64,000 nt of DNA, taken from NCBI GenBank assembly GCA_014905635.1, contig JABVCE010000028.1, positions 62,001 through 126,000 of the forward strand. The letters run 5' to 3'. Made by a program: the position numbers and the translations under genes. A model generated the notes under the pieces. It was not told where the DNA came from. It did not search any database and worked only from the letters and a program-made list of their open reading frames with translations. Shown here piece by piece: positions 15,578 through 30,851 of the stretch. Position 1 is the stretch's first letter. Every line of letters starts with the position of its first letter. The DNA comes from Scenedesmus sp. PABB004 (lineage: Eukaryota).

Positions 15578-16041
15578 GTGAGGGCGTGTGTGTGGAGGAG
15601 GGTGGAGGAGGAGCGGCTGCGGCTGCTGCGGCTGTGCCTGCTGCGCCTGCGGGGGCTGCTGCGGCCGCCACCGCGCGCGCCGCGCGCGCCGCGCCGGCCG
15701 CGCCGGCGATGCCCGTGGGCGCCGCGCCCCCGCCCGCGCGCACGCCGCGGGCCGCCGCACCGCGGGTAGCCGTAGACGGCCTTGATCTCCTCCGGGTCGA
15801 GCTCCGTGCGCGCGGGCAGCTTGAGCACGCCCTCGTCGCTCGCGGTCGCGATGTAGTCCAGGCTGCGCACCGCCACGCGCCGCGCCGGGGACGGGCCCCA
15901 CCCGCACCCGCCGTTGCTCGCGCGCCGCGGAGCGGGCGCCGCGGGCGCCGGCCGCGGCGCGGCGGGCGCGCGCCGCGCGCACGGCCGCGGCGCGCCCCCG
16001 CCGGCCGCGCGGCCGCCGCACGGCAGTGCGGCGCCGCGCAT
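11457..16041 (-). CDS. Calcium-dependent protein kinase (kinase plus 4 EF-hands), 13 exons, with a putative plastid transit peptide
   Basis: Kinase motifs IGAGSFGVV, FAVKTV, MELCEGG, IIYRDVKPDNFLF, DFGLS, GTPAYMAPE, DVWSVG. Junction SVVQRLQRF. EF loops DKDKSGTISFEE, DMDHDGNVGGDE, DLDGDGYIDLDE, DENGDGRISRQE. N-terminus is Arg/Ala/Pro-rich and ends ..RRVAVR. Confidence 0.93.
14136..14270 (-). ncRNA. Long imperfect inverted repeat (pre-miRNA-like hairpin) inside CDPK intron 14015-14377
   Basis: Left arm ACACGGCGTGAGCTGGGTGACGGCCGCGAGGTCGGAGCACATGAGCTGCTGCGCC pairs with right arm GGTGCACCAGCTGATGTGCTCGACCTCGCGGCCGTCGCCGAGCACACGCCGTGT around a ~6-nt loop. The hairpin is certain; the ncRNA function is inferred. 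Confidence 0.5.
15174..15312. repeat. Intronic minisatellite, 6 degenerate copies of the core GCTCGCAGG(A/G)CG
   Basis: Read directly in CDPK intron 2. Confidence 0.85.
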
Positions 16042-16718
16042 CGCGACCGCCGCCTGCTGCTGCGGCTGCTGCTGCGCGCGGCGGCGGCGGCGCCGGCCGC
16101 CGCTGCTGCTGCTGCGCTGCTCCGAGCGCGCGCGCGTCGCCGCGCAGCGCCGCTGCGTCGCCGGCCCCGCGCCGCGGCTGCTGGCAAGGGGGAGGGCTGG
16201 ACTGCCTCCCTGGTGGCCCCTGCGCGCGGCCGGGGGGTGGGGCGTGAGCGCCTCTCAGGGGAGCAGCAGCAGCGGGCTTCGCGCTGCCCTGCCACGCGCT
16301 GCGGGGCCTCCCGCAGCCCGCACGCCCGCGCTGGTGCTGTCCCGGCACGGCGGGGCGCCGGGCGAGATGCCGCCGCGCCGCGCGGGGGCCGGGGCCGGAG
16401 AGGGCCGGGGCCGCAGCGCAGAATATCACCTCAGCCCTAGGCGCTCGCTCCGCGGCTTCGGCTGGCGTGATCACGCAGGCAGAAGTGGCGCGGGGGACGG
16501 GCCGCGGCGCCAGGAAGGCGGGCAGGGGCGCGCCCCAAGCGCGCTGCACCGCGAGAGCAGCACCTCGACGCGCGGCACTGGCGCGCGCCGCGGCGCTGGG
16601 CCCAGTCGCACGCGCACCAGTAAAGCACGCTGCCCACGCCCGAGCGCCCACCGCAGACGCGCAGCAGCCGCGACCGGGGCCCGACCGCCCCGACCGCGAC
16701 GCTGGAGCGGCGCTCGCC

Positions 16719-18028
16719 ATGCTGGGGGCGTCGCGACTGCAGCCAGATGCGCTGAGACGATCCCGCGCCGCGCCGGGGCGAGGCACGGTGAGGGGCGCCG
16801 GGAGCAGCAGCAGCAGCACGCCGGGACGGCCGCACCGCGCTCCTGGCGCAACCAATTGCGGCCCGCGCAGCCCGGGCGGTGGCTCTCGGTCCCGGGCGCC
16901 TGCCGCCCGCAGCGCAGCGCGCCGCGGCGCGGCCCACCGGCCCGCCGGCCCGCCGAGCGCCCAGCGCCCGCGCGCCGCCGCGCGCCGCCGCAGGCGGCGT
17001 GCGCGGTGAAGAGCGCAAAGCGCCTCAAGTACGCGGGAGCGGGCCCGGTGCACGAGCCGCTGTTCGTGAGCCTGCAGCCCGACGGCAGCGACGTGTGGCG
17101 GCTGGAGCCGGTCATCGCGCTGCTGCGCGAGGGCGGGGTGCGCGCCGCGCCGCGCTCGGCGCCGCGCCGCGCGCCCCTGCCCGCGCCCACCGCCTCGCCG
17201 CTGCCGGCGCAGGTGGGCATCATCCCGACCGACAGCCTGCCCGCGGTCGTGTGCGACCTGGGCAACCGCACCGCGTCGCTGCGGCTGTACAGCATCATGG
17301 AGCTCGCGCCCAAGAAGCAGCTGAGCATCCTGGTCTCCTCCATGGCCGACATCGCGGCCTACACCTCAGGCTTCCCCCTCCCCGTCGCGCCGGGGCAGCC
17401 AGACCTCTTCCGCCTCGCGCAGCGCCTCCTGCCGGGCCCGGTGCGCGCGCACGGGCTCGGGCTCGGGCTCGCCCGCGCGCACGCACACCACGCGCGCTCA
17501 CGCACACCACGCGCCCCCCTGCGCACCGCCCCCCTAAACCCTGCGCAGTACACCTTCATCCTGCCCGCCAGCAAAAACCTGCCCAGCCAGGTCATCGACT
17601 TCAAGTCGGGCAAGACGAAGCACCGCAAGAGCGTCGGCGTGCGCATGCCGCGCGAGCCGACCGTCCAGGCGCGGCGACGCGCAGCCGTCGCGCGCGCGGC
17701 ACACGCGCGCGCCGCGCGCCGCCGCGCGCGCACGCCGACGCCGCCGGTGCCGGGTCCGGTGCCGCGCCGCGCGCAGGCGGTGCTGGCGGGCCTGGGCGGG
17801 TGCCTGCTGAGCCACAGCGTGCACGTCGAGGCGCACCTGGACGCCGAGACGGAGGTCCCCGACAGCGGCGCGCTGCTGGACGCGTACGGCAACCGGGGGC
17901 TCGACTTCATCGTCGACACGGGGCCCCGCACCGCGACGCCGACCTCGGTCGTGGACCTCACCGGGGCGCTGCCCGAGGTCGTGCGCGCGGGGCAGGGCGA
18001 CGTGAGCATGTTTGTTGTGTCCGACTGA
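16719..18028 (+). CDS. YrdC/Sua5 (YciO-like) family protein, probably plastid-targeted
   Basis: LEPVIALLREGGVGIIPTDS..VVCDL..KKQLSILV..LPGPYTFILPASKNLP..RKSVGVRMP..LDFIVDTG..TSVVDLT..VVRAGQGD. The start at 16719 and the first intron (16788-16993) are inferred. Confidence 0.85.
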
Positions 18029-18501
18029 GCGCACTGCCACCCATTGACCGCCCACTGAACGCAGCGTGCACTGCCCAACTGCACTCATTTCTGGCCCGCG
18101 CAGCCCCCGCGGGCGCCTAGGCAGGCGCTGCGTCTTCCCCAGCCGCGCGCGGTCTGCGGGCGAGGCCCCGCACTCTCCCCTGGGCTCTGCTTTGCACCAC
18201 GCCAGCTCAGGGGGGGGGGGGGGGCACGTGCAAGGTGCACGTGCAACGAGCTTGCTGAGACCTGCGGCGCAAACAAACGACGCCGCGCGCCGCGCGCCGC
18301 CGTGCCGCCGCCGCCGCCGCTTGCGCCGTCGCATTCGCCAGCGCTCGCCTCCGGTCTGGACTCGCACCCCGCGCTCGCTCGGGCAGGGCGGCACCGGGAA
18401 AAAAACGCGGCACCGCGTTGTTGTGCGGCCTGCCGCTCCGCGCCCTTGCGGCCCCGCACGCGCAGCCCTCTCGCGGGCCAGCCTCCGCGACACCCGACGC
18501 C

Positions 18502-19914
18502 ATGACCGTGGGCGCGCGCAGCGGCAGCAAGCGGCTGCTGGCCGACAGCGAGCCCGGCAGCGCGCTGCTGGCCGCCAAGCGCCCGCGCGGGAGCTCCGGG
18601 AGCTCTCCTCACGCCCCCGGCGGCAGCCTGGGCGCTCGCCCTGGCGCGGCGGGCGGCGAGGGCGAGTCAGCGGAGACCGCCAAGGTGCGCCTCGCCCGGC
18701 CCGGCCTGCCCGCGCCCCGCCCGGCCGCCCGCGCCGGCCCGTTCTGTCCCTGGCGCCGCCTCACGCCGGCCTCTGCGCCCGCAGGCGGCCAGGAAGCGCG
18801 TGCGCGCCGAGGGCGAGGCGCCCGTGGCGTGCACGTCGCCGCTGCGCGGCGGCGCCGGCAAGCGGGTGCGCGCGCGGCGCCCGCTCGGCGGCCGGCCAGC
18901 CCAAGGGCCCTGCCCTCGGCCGCGGCGTGTGCTTGCGGCGGCGCCGACCGGTCGCCCCGCGCCGACGCCACCCGCAGGGCAAGCGCGCCGACGGCAGCAG
19001 CAGCGCCGCGCCGCTCTCGCCGCGCGCGGCAGCCGCGGCGCTGCAGGAGCAGCTGACCGGGGAGGGGCTGGAGCGGGACGAGGAGCTGGAGGTGCAGGCC
19101 GCCTACATCGGCGCGCGCCTGAGGCGCCAGCAGCAGCCGCAGCAGCACGAGCCCCAGCGGCGCCAGCCGGGCGCCGCGGCCGCTGCGGAAGGCACGAGCC
19201 CGCGGCGGCGGCGCGAGGTGGGCAGCAGCAGCGGCGGCGCGGCGGCGAGCGCGGGCGCGCCCGCGCCCGCGGGCGGGCCGCGTGCCGGCGGCGGCGGCGA
19301 CTGCGTGAAGGACGCGGCCAAGGCCCGCGGCGGGCGCGACCAGGCGCCGCCCAGCGCGGGGCGCGACGCGGCGGCGCCGCAGGCGCGCCTCGACCGGGGG
19401 CGGCCCTTTGTGGCGGCCGAGGTGAGCGCCCGCGCACGGCGGGCGCGGCTCCGCGCGGCCCGCAGCGCGCGGCGCGCCGCCGACCCGAGCGCCCCGCGCG
19501 CCGCCCCGCCGCGCCCCGCAGCCGCCCGCGCGCCGGCGCGCGCTCGCGGCGAGCGCCAGCCCCGAGGCGCCCGAGGGCGGCGACGGCGCGAGCGCGGCGC
19601 AGCAGGACCTGGTGCCCGACAAGGAGTGGGCGCGCATGTTTGCGGTGCTGAGCATCAGCAGCGGCGCCAGCGGCGCCAGCGGCGCCAGCGGCGCCCAGCC
19701 GCCCGCGCCCGACGGCCAGCAGCAGGCCGCGCCGTCCACGCCCGGCCGGCGCGACGCGGGCGCGCCGGGCGTCGGCGGCGGCGCGCCGCCGGCCACGCCG
19801 AGCCGGCGGAGCTTCCTGCTGGGCGAATTCGGGCGCGTGCAGGCGCGCCTCACGCCCGAGCATCACTGTCACCACCACCAGCACCCCCCAACCAACCGCT
19901 GTCACGCCAACTGA
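18502..19914 (+). CDS. Hypothetical low-complexity protein rich in S/T-P-x-R motifs; 3' end uncertain
   Basis: Starts MTVGARSGSKRLLADSEPG. GT-AG introns at ~18685-18784 and ~19422-19521 join coding-like frames (ERDEELEVQAAYIGARL; LVPDKEWARMFAVLS). No family recognised. Confidence 0.5.
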
Positions 19915-20514
19915 TGAAAAACTCATGCATGCCGCATCGCATTTTCCTCTGCGCGTTTTGCGGCCCCCGTGATCGGCGCTTGCCTGCATCCCTTGTTCTG
20001 TTCGAATAGTAGTGTAGTCTGTTCGCATGGAAGAAAGCGCCGCGGTGTGAACGTCGTGACGCGGCCGCAGCCCCGCCCCCGTGGGCGGAGGCTCCGGCGC
20101 GGGAGCAGGCCGCCGCCGGGCACGCGTGGCGCGGAGCGGCGCGCGCGGCCTGCCGACCAAGCTGCGGCGCGGTGGGCCGGTAACTGCGTCTGAGTGTCTC
20201 GGGGCTGCTGATGTTGGGGGCGGCGCGCTGTCGCACGGCCAGGTCAGCGGCTCGTTCCACTTCCGCCGCGGCGCAAACGCGGCCTTGAGCTTCCGGCGCG
20301 CGCCTCAAGGCTTCGTCTCACCCCGCGCATCACCCCGCGCATCACGTCGACATCGAACGCGCGTCGCTGAGCCCGACCAGCCGTCTCGAGTCGAGCCCAT
20401 TAGCCGAGCTCTCGTCCGGCCTGCCCGCGGTGTCGCACGTGCAGCGGCTCGAGCTGGAGCTCGGAGACTGCATAATACGCCTCTCCACCTCGTGCCGGAC
20501 CCGCACATCCAGGC

Positions 20515-22570
20515 ATGGCGGCGAACGGCGGCGCGGCGCACCGCCGCGAGCGCGTGCTCATCCTGGGCGCCGCGGGGCGGGACTACCATACCTTCAACAC
20601 GCGCTACCGGGACGACGAGGCCGTTGAGGTCGTGGGCTTCACGCACGCCCAGATCCCGCACATCGAGGCCCACGCGTACCCGGCGGCGCTGGCGGGGCAC
20701 CTCTACCCGGACGGGCTGCCCATCTGGACGCAGGCCGACCTGCCCGCCCTCATCCGGCAGCACCGCGTGGACTCAGCGGTGCTGGCGTACAGCGACCTGG
20801 AGCTGGCCGACGTGCTGCGCCTCGCGTCCACCGTGCGCGCGGCGGGCGCCAACCTGCTGCTCCTCGGCGGCGCGGAGGGCGCGCTGCCCGCGCCCAAGCC
20901 CGTCGTCGCCGTCACCGCGGTGCGCACCGGCTGCGGCAAGAGCCAGGTGCGGCGCGCGCGCGGCGCACGGGCGCGCCGCCAGCCGGCTGCTGAGTCGAGC
21001 CTCGTGCGTGCGCCTGCGTGCGCCCTGAGCCGGCGCCGCCGCTGGGCGCAGGTCTGCCGGCTCGTGATTGATGCGGCGCAGGCCGCGGGGCTGCGCTGCG
21101 TGCTGGTGCGCCACCCGATGCCCTACGGCGGTGCGGCGCGGTGGCGGCAGGAGCTGCGGGCTGCTGGCTGCGCACGCGAGCCGCCCCTGACGCCGCCCCT
21201 GTCACCCGGCCGCAGACCTGGCGGCGCAGGCGGTGCAGCGCTTCGCGACGCTCGGTGCGCGCTGCAGCCTGGGCCCGGCAGTGCGCGCCCCGCCCGCCCC
21301 AACGCCGCCCCGCGCCGCCCCGCGCCGCCCCGTGCAGCCGACCTGGACGAGCACCACACGACGATCGAGGAGCGCGAGGAGTATGAGCAGCACGTTCGGC
21401 GTGGCGTGGTAGTCTATGCAGGCGTGGACTATGCGGCCATCCTCGCGGCCGCGGCGGCCGAGGCCGACGTTTTGCTGTGGGACGGCGGCAACAACGACAC
21501 GCCCTTTTTCAAGCCGGGTGGGGGACCAGCTCGGGGCCAGGGGCGCGGGGCTCAGCCCCGGGCGGTGGTCAGGCGCCCCTGGCCTGCACTGAGTCCGCCC
21601 GCCCGCCGACGCTCCCCCCTCCTCCACTCCCCCGCAGACCTGTGGCTGTGCGTGGCCGACCCGCTGCGCCCCGACCACCAGGCCCGCTACTACCCGGGCG
21701 ACGTCAACTTCAGGGCCGCTGACGTACTCGTCATCAACAAGGCCAACACAGCGCCACGGGTGACGCCCCCGCCGCACCCGCCGCCGCACCGGCCGCCCAG
21801 CTGCTGGCTGGCGCGCGGGCTGGCTGCTGGTCGGGGGTGTTGCGGCGCAGCGGCGCGGCGCAGCGACGGGCCCGGCGCTGACGCCGCCGCGCCCGGCGCC
21901 GCGCCGCGCCGCGCAGGCGGGCGTGGAGGCGGTGCTCGCGTCGGCGGCGGACCTCAACCCGCGGGCCGAGGTGTACGTGACCGCGTCAGAGTGCACCGTG
22001 GACGCGCCGGAGCGCCTCGCGGGGCGGCGCGTGGTGTGCGTCGAGGACGGGCCGACGACCACGCACGGTGGCATGCCCACCGGCGCGGCCATGGTCGCCG
22101 CGCGGCAGTGCGGCGCGGGTGCGCGCGCGCTGGCCGGTGCCGCGGCACGGAGGCGCGGCGGGCGCGCGCGCCCCGAGCGCCGCCAGACGGGTGCCCCCGA
22201 CGGACGCCGCCGCCGCGCGCGCGCCGCAGAGGTGGTGGACCCGCGGCCGTTCTTCGTGGGCGAGCTCGCGTCCACGCTGGCGGCGTGGCCCCACATCGGG
22301 CCGGTCGTCCCGGCCATGGGCTACAGCGCGCAGCAGGTGCGGGACCTGGAGGCCACGCTCGCGGCGGTGCCGGCCGACGTGGTGCTGAGCGGCACACCGC
22401 ACGACCTGACCGCGGTGCTGAGCGTGGGCGCAAAGGCCCTCGTCAACGTGGCGTACGCCGTCACCGAGCCGGCCGAGCTCTCGGCCCTCAACCCGGGCGC
22501 GACGGCGGGCAAGACGCTCGCCGCGCGCCTCGCGGCCTGGATGGCGGGCCTGCCCCGCGCGGCGGCGTGA
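20515..22570 (+). CDS. COG2403 P-loop enzyme (cyclic 2,3-diphosphoglycerate synthetase / arginine synthetase-like)
   Basis: RVLILGAAGRDYHTFN..GFTHAQIP..YPAALAGHLYPDGLPI, KPVVAVTAVRTGCGKSQ, RHPMPYG, TIEEREEYEQH, VYAGVDY, WDGGNNDTPF, VEDGPTTTHGGM, PAMGYS are recalled conserved blocks of this prokaryote-type family. Confidence 0.85.
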
Positions 22571-22970
22571 GGCGCGCGCGGGAGCGGCGAGAGCGGCGGC
22601 GCAGCGCAGGCGAACGCATGATGTGTCTTGGCTGTCTGGACGGGTGGCTGGGGAGGCACTGGAGGACGAGGAGAGCGGCTCGGGCGCGGAACGCATGACG
22701 CCTCGAGGCGTTTGACTTTGAATCGCCACTCCAAGCGACGCTTCGCACACCGCGCGCGGCCCCCGCGAGCCCGCCAGTCCGGCACCGCCAAGCTCGCAGG
22801 CCGCGGGACGCTCCCCCAGGACCCGCTCGCCCCGCCGCGCCCGACGCGCGCCGCACCAGCAGCAGCGGCGGCAGCAGCGGCGCGGCGCTCGGCGCCGCAG
22901 CCGGCCCCCCGCGGGCGCGGCGCCGTGGTGATGTGATCGCCCGGCCGGTGCTGGGAGCGGCCCCGCCGCG

Positions 22971-27839
<4,869 letters not shown>

Positions 27840-28413
27840 CGCGGCAGCGCGGGGAGGGCGCCGCTCCCCGCTGGAGTTGCGCGCCCGTGTTGTTGATGCA
27901 ACGACCCGACTGCTCGCGCGGCAGGCGGAGGGGGAGCGAGCGCCGACGCGGCGGCCAGGCGGCCGCCGCCGCTCCGCAACCCGAGGGCCCAACGCCCCCA
28001 GCCGGCTCTCCCGCGAGTCGCGATCGCCCACGCCACACCGACGCCGCCCAGCGCCAGGCCTGAGCCGCGCACATCGCCGCGCAGCACTCACTCCCGCGCG
28101 CCCGCCAACGACCCGGCCGCGCACGGTCGTCCGCAGCCGGCGCACCAATCGTGGGGTGAGCTTGGGGGTCGTGTGAGATTTGTGGGACCACGGCGCGCGG
28201 CGGACGGCCCCGATCGGGCGCGCAGCCAGCCGCTGGCGCGCGGGGTCCTGCCGCGCGCGCCTGGCGACTCCCTGCCCTGCGGCGAGTCGCGAGGCTGCAG
28301 ATTACCGTGGCTTCACTGACGCGGCGAGCTGTGGCCGGCTGAGCGCCCGCCGCCGTCGCGCCGCCTGCTGCTGCCGCCCGCTGCTGCCGCCGTCCGCAGG
28401 CACACCCGCAGCC

Positions 28414-29172
28414 ATGCGTCCCGGCACTGCCGCGGCGGCGCTCCTCGCGCTGGCGCTGGCGGTCGCGCTGGGCGCGGCGCCCGCGGCGGGCGGCGGCAGC
28501 CACGGCGGCGACGTGCCGGACAACCCGGCGCTGCGCGGCCCGCAGTTCCGCTTTGGCTGGGTGCCCATCACCTTTGACAGCGATACGAAGCAGCAGATCG
28601 ACCCCATCACGCGGCAGCCCAAGGAGATGAACTACCGCTGCGCCAAAGCGTGCGACGCGGTCAACATGCGCGCGGTCGCGACCGACGACGGCAAGCCGCT
28701 CTGCTACTTCAACCGCACGCGCGCGCTCGGCGCGCCCTACTCCATCGTGGGCACCTGGTACGAGGGCGAGCGCGGCAACGGCTGGGAGAGCACCTGCCGC
28801 GGCCGCGCGGAGGACGGCACGCCGACGACCCAAAACGTGTTTGAGTGGAACCCCAAGAGCCTGAGCTACCAGCCGGGCTACTTCTGCGGCTGCTGCGGCT
28901 GCATCGCCAACTGCGACGGCGCGTCGCGCGTCGACAACAGCTCGCGCACGCTCGGCTGCGACGGCGCGTACGTGCTGCAGCCCGACCCCAACGCCTGCCC
29001 CAAGAGCCGCGCGATCTTCCCCGTCTGCGTCGGCAAGACCGCGAGCCAGGGGCAGCAGTGGGGCACGCTCGGGCGCGACGACGACTGCGCGACGTGGAGC
29101 AGCCTCAACGCCGAGGACCCGCTGTACATGTGCGTGCCCCCGGAGAAGCTCCCGCCGTCCAGCGGGCGGTGA
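28414..29172 (+). CDS. Intronless secreted cysteine-rich protein (252 aa), unknown family
   Basis: Signal peptide MRPGTAAAALLALALAVALGAAPAAG. Normal amino-acid complexity with strong GC3 bias and many Cys, including CGCCGC. Confidence 0.8.
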   Translation: MRPGTAAAALLALALAVALGAAPAAGGGSHGGDVPDNPALRGPQFRFGWVPITFDSDTKQQIDPITRQPKEMNYRCAKACDAVNMRAVATDDGKPLCYFNRTRALGAPYSIVGTWYEGERGNGWESTCRGRAEDGTPTTQNVFEWNPKSLSYQPGYFCGCCGCIANCDGASRVDNSSRTLGCDGAYVLQPDPNACPKSRAIFPVCVGKTASQGQQWGTLGRDDDCATWSSLNAEDPLYMCVPPEKLPPSSGR

Positions 29173-29677
29173 CGAGGATGGCGGTGATGAGCAGCTCACG
29201 GGTTCGAGCCGCGGCGGCGGCCCGGCCCGGCCCGGGGCGGGGCGGGGCGGGGCGGGGCGGGGCGGGGCGGGGCGGGCGCGCAGCGCGGCGCGGCGTGGCG
29301 CCGAGGGCGGAGCTCTCTCTCTCTGTCTGTCGCGTGCGTGGGAGTGCGTGGCGCCGAGTCGCACTGGCGACTGTGATTGCGCGGCACTCCTCGCGCAGGG
29401 CTGCACTGCACTTGGCGCGCGTGCGGCATCCTGCCGGCGGCAGGGGGGGCACGGCCGGTCGGCCCGTTCTTGAACGCGGGGGCTCGTCGTGGTGCCGCGC
29501 CGAGCAACGACTTGGTCAGTTTGCGGGCCCAAGCGCCGCGCGTGCGCGCGTGCGGCCAGGGCGCAGGGCGCAGGGCACAGGGCGCAGGGCGCAGCCGCCG
29601 CCCGCCGCGCGGCCAGCCGCGGCGCCGCGCGCACGCGCCACTCTCCCGCCGCCCCCCGTCGCCCCGGCCGCGCCACC

Positions 29678-30552
29678 ATGAGAAGCAAGCACCCCCACGC
29701 CCACTGCTTCGCCTCAAAGCAGATGTTCTGCGCCTTCGGCGCCACCGCCGCCCTGTGCTGCTCCGCCGCCTGTGGCGCCGCGCACGAGTGCTTTCAACGC
29801 GGCTGCTCCAAACAACAGCTCAAACAACAAGGCGCCCGCCGATAAGCCCGCGGCGGCATCCGCGCGCAGCACCCCCAGCTGCTGCGCCGAGCGGTGCGTC
29901 CCGCGGCCGGGCAGCGCGGGCGGGGGCGCGTCCGCATCACAGCGGTGCCGGGGCGCGGCGCTGCGCGCCCGCCAGGCCACGCGCGGCGGCAGGGGAGCGG
30001 GGGCGCCCTGGAGGCCCCGCCGGGCGCCCCGCTGGGCCCGGCCACGCGGCGCCGGCGTGTCCCCCGTGGCAGCAGCCAGCCCGGGAGCCGCCGGCCGGCG
30101 GCGCGCACCGCATACGGCCGCGCGCGCGGCCGTCGCCCAGCGGCGAGCAGCGGCGGCGCGCCGACCGCACCCGGCGCCCGCGCCGCCGGCGCCGCAGGAA
30201 CCTGCTCAACGCCTGGATCGCCAAGGCGCGGCGCGCCAACGTGCCGCGGCACCAGGTGGTGCACTGGGTGCGGCGCAAGGCGGGCACCGAGATCACGGTC
30301 TGGCGGCACCTCGCGGACGGCTCGCTCGGCTGCAGCGTGCCGTGCGTGGTCTGCAAGGGCGTGCTGGCGCTGTTTGACCTGCGCGTGACGTGTTTGGTGG
30401 GCCCGGGGGAGTGGTTCAGCGGCCGGCTGACCGACAAGGACGCGCCGCGCGCCAAGCCGACGTCGCGGCAGAGCCGCTTTGTGTTCAAGGCCTCGCGCCG
30501 CGACGCGCCGCCGGAGGCCGCCGCGGCGCAGCGCCAGGCCGCCTGCGCCTAG
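29678..30552 (+). CDS. Small Zn-dependent deaminase-fold protein (CAE...PCxxC) resembling phycodnavirus proteins; start uncertain
   Basis: Intron 29894-30197 (CG|GTGCGT..GCAG|G) joins STPSCCAER to NLLNAWIAKARR..HWVRRKAGTEITVWR..GSLGCSVPCVVCK..KPTSRQ. Stop TAG at 30552. Confidence 0.7.
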
Positions 30553-30851
30553 GCTGGCAGCGCCCGCCGCGGCGGGGCGGCGCGCGGGCTCTGAGCAGCG
30601 CCGCGCGCGGGGCTCGCGGGGGTGATGCGCGCAGCGCGTGACGCGTGACGGCAGGCAGCACTGCTGTTCCAACACACACTAAACCGGGCGGCGGCAGGGG
30701 CGGGAGGCAGGGCAAGGGCAGGGGCCGGGGGCTCGCGGCTGTAGCGCGGTCACACTGGTCACATGGCGCGCAGCACGACCGCGTGCGCGGGCGGCTGCTG
30801 GGCGCGGCGTAACGCCCCTTTCACGCAATCAATCGCCGAGCCGGCTCATCA

